Assembly (NCBI RefSeq): GCF_008831285.2
Contig: NC_045138.2
Span: 9,486,001 to 9,550,000, forward strand
From: Nymphaea colorata
Taxonomy: Eukaryota
Reading direction: 5' to 3'
DNA length: 64,000 nt
Part shown: positions 1-11,754 of the stretch, one piece after another
Layout of the letters: each line of letters starts with the position of its first letter
Position numbering within the stretch: position 1 is the stretch's first letter
Notes under the pieces: model-generated
Told to the model about the DNA's origin: nothing
Seen by the model: the letters and a program-made list of their open reading frames with translations, nothing else
Database searches by the model: none
Program-made: the position numbers and the translations under genes

Positions 1-73
1 AGGAACCTTCGACGTCAGCATTCATTTGTCATGCTCACACCTTGAGGTCAAGGTGTTTTTCAAGGGGGGGTAT

Positions 74-293
74 TGTTAGTAAGCGATTATGTGCTTTGGA
101 TTGGATCCCATTTGGGTCAGACCCAAATAAGGCTATAAATAAGTAGAAGGTCTTAGTAGGGAGGCATCTGGTAGTTGAAGGTCATTTCCTCTGGGAGGAG
201 AGAACCCTAATCGGTGATTAGGGTGTGTAGTTTTGAGGTTTTTATCCGTGTGTGCATTGCTCTTGTAAGCAGCTTGTTAGTCGGTGGCTAACA
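74..293 (+). mobile_element. 3' LTR (220 bp) of a small LTR element extending left of the window, in a permease intron
   Basis: Polypurine tract AAGGGGGGGTAT (62-73), then TGTTAG at 74; inverted terminus CTAACA at 288-293; internal TATAAAT. Confidence 0.65.
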
Positions 294-801
294 CCATGAC
301 ATTGCCAAGAACCAATGCAAGAGCTAAGAAAAGAAGTTGAAATAGAATATTAACCTCAAACATTTGACACCTTTTTGGGGATGGAAAATAGAATAACTGC
401 AGAACTTTAAGATAACTAGAACTAAAGTCTATCCCATTTCTACTATTTATTCCTACAGTTAACACAAATACAACCCCACACCCCCCCCCCCAACCCTCCC
501 CCGACTGGGCCCCCCACCCCAACCCAAAAAAAGGAAGGCATTGTACACTTGGCAAGGTAAAGAAATGTTCTACTTCAAGTTCGTTCATTTATTATGCACA
601 AAGAAAGCTAGTGAGATGGAGACTACACAATTGATAGAACCACTTATTTCAATCTTTTACAGAAGCAGGAATTTAAAACCTTACATGTTTGAGCACAATT
701 AATCTGCAAATTCTTCTAGTAAAATTATTTTAGAATTGCAATTTAAATGTAAGAAAGAACATTTGCTATTAACTTTTTAATAGAAGGCCTTGAAGTCATA
801 C

Positions 802-3800
802 AATGGCATGCCGAAGGAAGTCACCAAGATATCAGAAGAACGAGCCACATATGCCACAAGAAGAGCATAATGGATGAACAGATACGACCAGCTGCAAGAG
901 AATAAATTGCAAACATCACAAGTAAATCCCATGAAACCCCTGCAAATATCAGCCAATCTCTAATGATAGTCAAATAATAGAAAGACCAGCCATATTCAAA
1001 ATTTCTGCCCTATACAACTTTGAAGATACATGAGAGGCTCTTATAGGGATTATGTAACGCTCGGCTTTTTGTAGGTCGAGTGGGGCCAGGGTCCAGACCC
1101 GGACCCGAGCTCCACGCGCGTAAGGAACCCGACGTTGTCCCCTTCTCCCTCGTTTCTCCATCTCCCTCGTTTCCCCTCTGCGTTTCTCCCTCAGCCACAA
1201 CCGCAACTCAGAGAAGAATAGGGCGGTGGGTTGAGCAGCAGCGACGGCAGCGGCAGCAGCACGCGGGTAAGCTCCCTCTCTCGCCCCCTCTGTCTGCCTC
1301 TCCCCTTCTCTCCTGCGCATTCTTCCCTCTCTGCAGCGCTCCCTCCTTCCACGCACGTTGTCCCTCTCCTCCTTGCTCAAGCTCTCATTCCCTCCTCTCG
1401 CCTCCTTCTCCATCGCCTTTTCCTCCTTCCTCTTCCTTCTTGTCCTCCACCGTCCTACGCAGACACTTCCCTCACCGTCTGAACCCTCTATCTCCGACCG
1501 TCTCTCCCCTCTCTGTCTGCCCTACCCTCTCAGCCCATCTCTCCACTCCGTCTGAACTCCCTCTAGTCGATTTTTGACTCGTTTAGGGCTTTTTGGTCAA
1601 TGTGCAGCTTGAGGACGCATTTGTTTCCCCACATAGCAGCGGGGTGAAGGCATTGGTGGTGGCAGCATTGAGGGATTCTAGCTGTTTGGGGGCCTTTCGA
1701 ACGCTTGAGGCAGCTGCTAAGAACATTGCGGCAGTTTGGACACTAATTTTGGGGTGAGCAAGGCTAAATGAAACCTAAATTGTCGAATATTTTCTGTTAG
1801 AGCATGTATAATTATTGTTTGAGCATGCTAGAAGTTAGAATTTGATGTTTAAGGAGCCATGTTAGCGACTTGGCTTTTTGGGGAAGGTTTAGGATTATGT
1901 TGGAGAAGCGATGATTCATGTATATATTGATCTTTAAGCTTGAGGTGTTGATTTTCAAGGCAATAGGGAAGCATGGTAGAGATTTGATGTGGGTGAGAAG
2001 ATTTAGAATCGTTTTGATGAGCATGTGGCACAAGCTTTTGTCAACGGGCGTATTGCGGTGTTAGTTGAAGAAGATCATGTATATTGGGAGTATTTGTGGG
2101 GAAGACGCTTTAACTATAGAAAGCATGGGAGAGTGTGTTAAGGATGGATTGATCGAAGCATTGGGTTTTGACGTTTAGTGGGAACGGCAAGAAGTTGGTA
2201 AGTGGCCTATTAGAGGGCTTGTAGGTCGACACTACCCGTCGACACCTTCTTGAGGCGATGACCTGTGCCTCAAGGATTTTGTTTTATATTTGTTTGGATC
2301 GATAAGCTAATTAGTAGAAATCTTATCTTTGTTTATGTCTGCAGGTACACCGGGCACGTCCCGTCGACCTTGAGCTACCAGATTCAAAGCTCGAGGCATT
2401 TTGAAGAGTTTTGTGAGCGCGCCACAGGTATGGCGGCATTCCAGGCAAATCCCTGCCTGGGGCAAATGTGTGAATGTGTGTTCTTAGGATTGTGGGATCC
2501 TAGGGTTGTGATGTGAATTGATTGATTGTTTTGTGAATGAATGTATGTATGCATGCACATGATTTGATATATGATATGAATTGCTTTGAAAGACTATTAG
2601 TAGTTTGGTTTGAAAATGTGACGCATTTGCATGTGCATGCTAGAATTGATAATTGTTTAGGACAGATGAGGTGGGGTATCGAGTCTAGCGTCTCATCGAC
2701 CCCAATTGTGCATTAGAAAGCATCCTAGAATGATAACTGTATAGGACAGCTACGAGCCAATCGCAGATCGAGACTACTCTCTGTGGATTGGCTAAGTTTT
2801 TCAAAGATGTGATTGATGTGATAATTGATGTGAATGTTGTATTTGGTTGCATACACATTGTCGTGGGCAATGATGCAAATGGATGAATTGGAGGGTAGTT
2901 GTACCCGTATTGTATGACGGCTAGCAATGACTGTTAATGTTGTGTATAGACCTCGTGTGGAGGCAATTGGAGGTGTAGGTGCACTCGTTAAGTGTACCAA
3001 CCTCATGAGCTAGCCAGTCATCTTGTGAACGTGTAATTATAATGATAAGAATGAATGAATAAGAGATGAGAGGCCAATGGGATGTGGCTATGTGTTGGGA
3101 GACGTCCCGCTTTTGCCACTGGTCTCGCCTGTTCGGAGCGCAGGCGGTGCAACACCCCAGGGTTCTGTTGTGTGTTGTGCTTGGAGCGTTGGGCTCCCGC
3201 CTTCCCAACCTGGGTGTCCTAGGGAAGGCTGAGTATCTTTTCTTGGAATTCACACATCCATGAATGAGTGCTCTACCGCTGCAGCGGGTGAAATGGATCC
3301 ATATTGTTCTGGGTCACCACGGGGGTTGTCTCTCGGCTGTAGGCCGTCCGCAGTGTGCACGTGTCTGTGTTGCACCCACAGGAACTGTTAATTCACTAAA
3401 GTTAATGAAAGTGTAATGTATATGATTGAATGTATGAGATTGATATGCATGTGAATGTTGGGCTTATGAGTGCAAATGAAATGTTTAAGCATGCCTTGCA
3501 TGTGATTGAAATTGTGTTATTGTAGCCATTGAGTGGCCTTTGCATGTCGTGCCCTGACACGACATGATGATAGATGGTTTTGACATTTGTTCTCATGTTT
3601 GAGCCCTACCTGAGAGGGTTTGGCATTTTTCCTGGCTTGTTGCCATACGGTAAAGGCTAAGCCTTCAGTTGTTTCCTTTTTCAGGTTTTGTCGGACCCGG
3701 GGCAGCAGACTGAGCAGATGGCTTCACTCATGTCTTACTGGGGAGGTTTTGGGTTTTGTTTTTGTAGTGCCGACGCGTCTTGCTTTGCTTGTATTGATGT

Positions 3801-5189
3801 CTCATTTTTGTTAGACATCAATGATATGGTTTGGGGCATTTTTGTCATATACCTAGAAGTGATTTTGTATGAATCAAAGTTATTATATAAATAAAAGATT
3901 GCCCCATTGTTTTGAATTGTTTGGCTCATCTCTTTTTGAATTGTTGTATCGTCACACTTCAACGCTTTATGTTAACAAAAAAAAAATTGTGAGAGGGTCG
4001 AAAGGTTGGGATGTGACAGATTATGTTGCTAGTAGCCATTAAACCAGAAGTACATATGTCTGCTGCATTTGCATGATTCTGGAAATGGAAAAGAATTAAA
4101 TGGTGTGCCTAGTGAGTGAATCAATTATGTGAGATGGATACAGCTGCAAAGATGGAGATATAGCATGAAACCTCTAATATGACAACTCTATAAGAGGATA
4201 TAAGGTGACAAAAAGAAATGAAGATGTAATCTTGGTGCTCATAACAGTCAAAAATTTCTTATCCTTTATTTCCAGAATTCACTGAGATATTTATTATGAT
4301 TTATGAGGCAGATTTTTTATTATAGAATTTAAGGAAACCAGTTCCTAACAAAAAACTCAAGTACATGTTATCATGCAGACCACTACCTTAAGGCCCAGAG
4401 TATCATCTCCAAAGGAAGAAAGAAAAAATTGATTATTCAACAGCATAATTACCATTTGAGCTACACAAAGAAGGGTGCAAAAAGATTGGATTGGATCACT
4501 TAAATTCATGGATCCAAATTAGATTTAGTAAACCAGAATTTTGCACCTTCATTGCAAACAACAAAAGAGCTAAATGGAAAAGCACAACGAGGCATAAGCA
4601 GAAATTTCATTAGTCAAAATGGAATATTACAAAATATAAAAGACCTAACCTCTATACTTCTAGAAGCCCTATTTATTGGGGTAGATACAAGTCTATTGAC
4701 TTGACTGCCACTAAAACACTATGCATAAGACTGCTCTGGATGTCACACGATATAAAATAATGAAAATGGAAGCAGCAATGACAGGCAAGAAAGGGACTGC
4801 ATTGCTTATTCACAAACAAAGAAGAAATGGAGAGCACATCCATCCACATGAGAGAAGAACAAGAACTAATGGTCACGATTAGTCAACGAATCTCTGTTCT
4901 ATCCGCAGAAAGTATCCTTTCACTTGACAAGATACAATTTGGATTTGTCGTTTGTGCAATCTTGTCAATTGTGCAATTGCCAGAACATTCAAACACCTGG
5001 TCGACATACAAGAGCTAATGGCCATCGATAGTATCAAAGAAATTAGACATTTTTAGTGTATGTCCAATGACCTCTTCCTCATCATGTCCCTTGATCAGCG
5101 AAATGTGGGAAATGTTATCATTGTTCCCTTAGATCACAATGTCTAGGTGTGTCAAAGACAAGCAGTTATTGAACAAAAGGAGGCTATAA

Positions 5190-5284
<95 letters not shown>

Positions 5285-8200
5285 CATCCGTTTGCAATCA
5301 ACGACAACTGGTTTGATTTCTATGAACTTTTGTTTATGTTCAAGAATGTCTAATTAACTCATGATTGTAATTACAACTTATTAGGAAACCATCCAAGGTG
5401 CTTTTACCTACCAAGCAACCTGAACTCCCAGTTTCCCAAGTGTCCGCATTGCCATTGACACCTAAAACAAAAAACATTTGAAAATTAGGCAATGTTATCT
5501 TAGAATCTAACTATTCTTAGATTTGAAGTCCCTTGTTTTCAAGTGAGAAAACAAAGTACAAGGATTCAATTACACTAAATTATATATTCCTATTGAGATT
5601 CAACACATGATGCGACCATGTTTAAAAGATTTTGTGTTCCTCAAAATAAGGCTATCAAACTTCTGTAGGAATCAACAACTTAACATTATTGGAAAGTGCA
5701 ATAGACCAAAATAACGTTAGGGTGAAAGGGAGTTTTCAAACAGTATATACAAATGAGTATAGAACCTGCTATCTCACACTCAGATCATTCAATGTACACT
5801 TCGGATTTTATTTGGATTTGATAATTCAGATTTGTTATTTTTTATAATGGATTCAATTCACACCAGTTCAAAATCTTGCGTGAATTTGTTTTATATGAAT
5901 TTGTTTTTTGCCACTTCTAATGAAATTCATGTTCTGGCCAGCTTTTATCGGATGCAATAATAACATAAAATCTTCTGATGAGGATTAAGCTAGAATGAAC
6001 TAAATTTTTCATATGTGGATCCAATGGTTCCGAAGAATTTGGGCATAACAAAATTCACTTTGTATCTGATCCATTGTGCACCCAACTAGTAGAGACATGG
6101 TGCAGAATTATCAATGCAAAAGGTTTCAATACAACAGTGCTTTTTGGTATATCATAGCCTATCACTTTATGCTTCTCAAAAATTTTGTCTGCAACGGCTC
6201 TGTATACCTGGCTAGGTGAACTGGCTCAAAGCCTCCAAGCCAAGTAATACAAACTCTTCAAAAAAGTTTTTGTACCCAAGTCAACATGACTCAGGTTGGA
6301 TGGGGTACCAATAGCTTACACGACAGACAACCAGAACAAGTTCGATAAAAATAAACTTTTTAGATCAACAAGTCTGACATGTCCAAAAAAACTTTTGGTG
6401 TTTCCTCCATTTTGCACGGGAAGTTTACTATTGGTTTGACTTTGATTCTGAACAATGACATTCTTTAACTATTTCAAGAGTGCATACTCGACTGTATGTG
6501 CCATGTACTACAAATGACAATTTAATGGGAAAGCTTGATGCAAGAAGTAAGCAAATTGAAAAGGACAAAAAGAAGGGGATGTAATTATCTTTTATAAGCA
6601 GTCTAATCCTCCACAAGAATTGGAGGAACATTTGTCATTGTTTCTAATATCACATCTAGACTCAAACCCATGATCACCTGCAGATTAGAAGTAATGGCCA
6701 AGTCGACCCTTGTTGTTCTTATGTGAAGGGCCTCCACTTGTGGATCCTTTTAATCGAGAAGTGCTGCAATAAGACCAACTATGAAAAAAACTAAATACTA
6801 GAGCATCGCAAGAACATGTCCTATGAAACATGTAACAAATCGGTCTAAAACTGACACTGTGCCACTATGATGGATCCTTACCGTTTGTAGTTAGCTTCAA
6901 TTCATACTTAAACAAGGTTATAAATCAAGACAACTAGTAGTAGTCACATAAATCCCTGAAGAGCTTTCAAAATCTTTGACATAAGACTACTATCAAGTCC
7001 TCCCACACACATTGGGTGTTACAATCCACCCCCTTCATGTGTTGGATAAGTTTGAGTTGTTGAACTTCACCCCCATACCAACTGTACCAACCCAACCAAA
7101 ATTAAGTGCTTGTCATAACAGATTCCTGCCCACCCCATGATTGGCTTCAATTTGCACCCAAGAAAGTCTACAAACCCTAAAGATTTTTCAACGTCCTTAA
7201 AATAACATTTTTAAGTGCCCCCACATACATGGGGTGTAACAAACATCCCTTCTATTCAGATATTAATTTTCTATCTAACTTGAATAAGTTGTTGAGTGTT
7301 TCTCAATCTAATAGTTTGCCGGAGTTACAACCTAATCAACTTAGTCATCATGAAGGCTCAAAATTAATGTAAGAAAACAAAGCAGTTATCTCCACCAAAA
7401 CCTATTAACCTGTCATGGTTTCAAAACCAACAGTGACATCGATGTCAGGTTACAAGCTATTACAGGCAACACTTTGCTTAGCATGTGCAACCCACATGGA
7501 CACAATATGACAAATGGTCCAAGAAACTTTGCGACCACTGTCAAAGTAATGTCAGATATAGTCACTGCTAAAGATTGTGCATCAACTTTACCAAATGTCC
7601 TTGTATGATCTTGGTTGCTTATTTTATATTTTCACTTGCATAATTTTCCCTTCACAGTCTGTTGTTAGATCCATTGTATTCTGACTTAAACTTAGTTGCA
7701 GAATTTGAAATCCATCATTAGAAGATTTTGACACTTGAGATGGTGCTCATGTTATATTACCTCAAATTGAGAACTGTCTGTGATATTCATGTCTCTACAT
7801 CATAGTTTAATCTTTAAAGAACCCACCAGTTTCAAAGGTCTTCATGTCACGTCCTATTTCCGCAGTTGTTAAAGAGTTGAACCACATGATTACTAAAATA
7901 AATGCTCATGGCTAGTGGTAATAGTACCAAATGGTTGTTAGATGAAAAAGGGCAACAGCTTCTCCCATAAGGTATAAGGTCACTGCAAATCAGACTATTA
8001 AAAAAAGGTTGAGAAAATATGAATTTTTAAGCAGCCACAGTATGAAATGCTTGCTTAATTCAATCTTAAGAGTCATGACGTTTACAGAGGGTAAATTGAC
8101 AAGACACCAGCAAAGTTTTCCTTCCTGCAGCTCTACCTATTCATCTGAGCAAGTGCAAGGGAATAAGAAATAGGAGGAAGCAAACAGAACTAATATAGTC

Positions 8201-9783
8201 GTTCAGATAGGTTATTAACCAACATGGTAAGATTGATAGATGAATAGTTACTTGGCTTTGACACCATATTTTTGAAGAAGTGGATGATAATGATTCAAAA
8301 CAGCTACAAACAGAGGTAAAGGTAACAGCATTTCAAATAACAATCCAGGCTCTACATCATGTCCTGAAAAGGCAAAAGAATGTCCCAGAAAAAGAGAATG
8401 GAAATCAGATTGGATAGATGAATTACTAATGAAACACCGCCAGAACCAAGTTCACACATGGTGTTGACATTTACTTCTGCAATCAACAAGCCTGTAACAA
8501 CCTGCAGTAGCCGGCATAGCTAGGTAACATATGACACGACCTAAAGCTGTGAAATAACTTCATAATGCCTAATTAAAAAGGTTACCATGTAAAGCCAGCA
8601 AAATACACAAGTCATTGAGGAGGCAAGAAACCCAGATTCCTGTGTCACTGCAGGGATGGCTAGTATACCAGCACCGACCTATCAAATTATCATGGAGAAT
8701 TTTAAACGTGATAAAACACAAATTTTAATGTCGTAGAACAAGAGAAACGGAAATAAACAGCCTGCCGCATTTTTATGCTTCAGAATAGACAATTATAAAT
8801 GTCACGACTCACGACACAGAAAATAAACAAACATTTGCTTGATATGAGTATCCAATACATCAAAGCAATGTTCTTCATTATGAAATGATGTGTAAGGACT
8901 GTCCTACCGTGGTTCCAGCAACCAGAAAGACGGCACTGCTCAGGCTCCCTAGAACAAGCAAAGAACAACGAGAAGATAACATCAATGATGGAGGAACAAC
9001 CATATTTTTGACAACGATGAACTTTAGCATATTACAATCGTACATAAGCCACGTATATTTTAAAATTTTTAAGCATCATAAAAAAAATCCCTTTGCTCAA
9101 TTAAGGGAGTGTTTACATGCTTATTCCTCACTGGTCGAATAATTAGAGATGCGTCCACCTTCTGAACTCGCAACATTTTGTTGTTGTGGACAGCTTCACG
9201 CTCCATATTGGGATGTCCCAGCTTATTCCTTCCTTTCTAGAACATGGGTTCCTCTGGGCAGCCAATACTACATTCGTGCTCAGAATCCCGTTCTCTATGG
9301 CTGTCTGATTGAATTTACCTCGGTTTGCGGGTGATCTTCAACCGATCACGTCCAAAGCACATAAAATTTCTGGATACATCGGAAATATATGTTTCCTCTA
9401 ATTGGAAAACATCTATCATCTTGAACCCCATTTTCCCGAAATCAGAAATCAAAGGAGAGGAAAACAGGCGAAAGTTGGAGAAGAAGAGTAAGCAGCTTAC
9501 CTGGATCTCTTTTCAGGGTTACTTGGTTGAGGTTGGAAAAGAGCCTCTCAAATTCCTCTTTCTCTTCTCCTCTTCCTCCCCGTTCCCCTCCTCCATATTC
9601 ATCTCTGCTTCCTGCTCCCTGAGATGAAAACTTTATCGTCTTCAAAAGAGAAGGACGAGGAATCCAAGAACCACAATTACGGAGACGACAATTGACCAGA
9701 ATGCTGCTTCCATGACGAGTCCGTGCATTTCGAATGAGAGGAAGAGGAGGAGAAGCAGACCGCGCGGAGAGAGAAAGCAGCAT
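802..9783 (-). CDS. Tryptophan/tyrosine permease family transporter (At5g19500-like), 5' part; exons 9783-9501, 8948-8908, 8678-8586, 8501-8427, 5461-5412, 891-802; continues left of the window
   Basis: Six GT-AG exons splice in frame: ...[145 protein letters not shown] is the aromatic amino-acid permease motif. Ser/Arg-rich N-terminus resembles a plastid transit peptide (inference). Confidence 0.93.
1053..4018 (+). mobile_element. Solo LTR (2966 bp) of a Ty3/Gypsy (Tekay/Del-like) retrotransposon in permease intron 5
   Basis: Termini TGTAACGC...GATGTGACA; exact 5-bp TSD GATTA at 1048-1052 and 4019-4023; CT-rich block near the 5' end; no pol domains. Strand inferred from typical LTR layout. 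Confidence 0.85.
5191..5282. repeat. (TA)n microsatellite
   Basis: Perfect dinucleotide run of about 46 units. Confidence 0.98.
6880..7241 (-). mobile_element. Degenerate TRIM-like or small LTR remnant
   Basis: Two similar ends, GGGTGTTACA (7014-7023) and GGGGTGTAACA (7231-7241); the first is followed by ATCCACCCCCTT (minus-strand PPT AAGGGGGTGGAT). Left boundary approximate. Confidence 0.3.
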
Positions 9784-10379
9784 CTTATGATCTTATCTCT
9801 CGCGCTCCCGCTCTCTCTGTCTCTCCCTCTCTCCTGTTTCTCTTGTTGTGGGAGCTTTGAAAAGAAAAGGTCCGTCTCTTTCCATGGTGACCGTCGGATG
9901 GATAAGCCGTCTCCGTGGATTGGGTCCGATATTGGGTCGAACCGAGTAAGACCCGATACGAATCGCCACAGAGAAAACGTTTCTTCATAAGATTACACGG
10001 TCCTCGTTCAAATAATGTGAGGTTGTCTTCAGGGGCCATGTTCATGATTGAACATGTAACGTTCTCCTTTTTTTTTTTTTTTGTTCCTTTTGCAGTTTTA
10101 CGAGGGGGAGCCGTCCTAGACTACTTCGTTCTCCCACCCCCATTCCGACTTTTGTACTATCGAAATTTGAATAACTGGCCACTGAACCAGCCAACTGTGC
10201 TACACCTCTTGGTTGCAAACCTTCTTTTGGGTTGCGTATTGGGTTGCGTATTAGATGCCTTTATCAGCTAGTAACTTATGCAAGATCATGGTTCATATAT
10301 AAAATTAGCTGAAATAAGTCCGTCCGACTTATTTGAACTGGTGAGTGAATTCCTCTTCTCATATTTTAAGTGTGTTTAA

Positions 10380-10790
10380 GCTCCAGCTTGATTCGAACTT
10401 GCTCATTAAACTAGACTCAAGCTCGAGTTGTTTAACGAACAAGTTCGAAGGGAGAAATGAACTCAGTCAAATAAGTGAGTTGACGTCGAGCTAAGCGAGC
10501 TCGATTTGTTTGAATTCGATTAAGCTTGTGAGTCATGATAAAAATATGTGTAATATGCTTTGCAATATTTTCACACAAGAAAGATAATTCAAGTGGGTTT
10601 TCCATGTGCCTTACAAACATGAGGACTTGCAAGTCCCTTTGTCGGCATCAACTGTCTCAAGCTAGCCGGCTTGGCTAAGATCTCAGCTCGATCTTAACTG
10701 AGACGGGTTCAAGCTTTTTAAGCTCGAATCGAGCTCTAGCTGGTCAACTTGAGCTTGTAAGTTGGAACCTGGCTTGTGTTTAGCGCTCCT
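10380..10790. mobile_element. Degenerate non-autonomous DNA transposon rich in CGAGCT/AGCTCG motifs
   Basis: Dense CTCGAG/GAGCTCG/AAGCTCG subterminal-type motifs; related copy at 24659-24960. Confidence 0.5.
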
Positions 10791-10833
10791 TATCGTTGAA
10801 GCCCTCACTGCCTTATTTTTATTATTTCTAGCT

Positions 10834-10977
10834 AGGGCCGAAGCAAGGGGGAGCATGCATGGCTCTCGTGAGATTTTAGGAAAGGGAAAAATATGCCATA
10901 CAAATATTGTTGGGCTCAGTATAAAATTTCAAAAAATATAGTTTAATCCCATTAAAAAAAAAATCTAGCTTGGCCCT
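10834..10977. mobile_element. Short MITE-like element (PIF/Harbinger-like)
   Basis: Imperfect TIRs AGGGCCGAAGC...GCTTGGCCCT around an AT-rich core. Confidence 0.35.
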
Positions 10978-11754
10978 TTCCTCTCTCTATGTCAAACCCC
11001 CATTAACGACCTTAACCACCGTTGGCCACCTGCAACAATGGTGTCATCTCTCTCTCTCTCTCTTACCATTCGCAGCCCAAATGCAACAGCAACCACCAGA
11101 ATTGCATGCGAAGCAACCCTCATATTTTTGTAGTCATCAATAGTTTCCAAGGTTTTTCAAAATATGATCAACTTGTCTATCTTCATCATAACGTATAACA
11201 ACTCAATATTTCAGTTGTGCAGGAGAAATATTTCATCCTACCGCACTACAAATCATAGACCCCATTATTATGGTCCATATTTTCTTAAAGGTTGTTTGAT
11301 TGTTGTCAATTGGGATAGGACAAATAGAATGTTTTGTCCATCACACTATTACACTATTGTCATGTTCTCATAAACAATGATGTTCCTTGTCCACTGTTTG
11401 ACGTTTTTAAGAATATAACACTATGTTTCTCTTATCTGGCGTTTGTTTCACATGTCTGTTCTGTCCGTTATGTCCGCCTTGTCTGGCATTTGTTTCTGTT
11501 ATGTTTGATCTATCTATTCTGTCCAATGTTTGTGTCTTCCATAGTCTGTTATGTATGTCCAGTCTAGTATTTGTTTATGTTCTGTTAGAATTGTCTGCTC
11601 TATCCGGTGTTCGTGTCTTCTATAATAAGTATTGTCTATTATATTTGTTTTGTCTGCTATATGATGACAAGAATATCTTATTATTTGAACATGTTATATA
11701 AAAGCAATATAAAATTCATATCGGCAATTCAATACATTTGATAACACGATCCAC

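Noticed and set aside
970..1577. Overlapping ORFs of 147 and 165 aa
   Set aside because: Low-complexity translations of the CT-rich part of the solo LTR.
5147..5353. IYIYIY ORFs here and at 29.5, 32.7, 35.1, 37.9 and 38.8 kb
   Set aside because: Translations of (TA)n microsatellites.
6678..6763. AG/GT-bounded segment in permease intron 4
   Set aside because: Stops in all three frames, and exons 4 and 5 already join in frame.
8252..8363. Possible extra permease exon
   Set aside because: In the incoming phase it reads GAC ATG ATG TAG; at most a poison exon, with no support available here.
11080..11400. Possible MuDR/SWIM transposase remnant
   Set aside because: Only a faint SHAIL-like word amid many stops.
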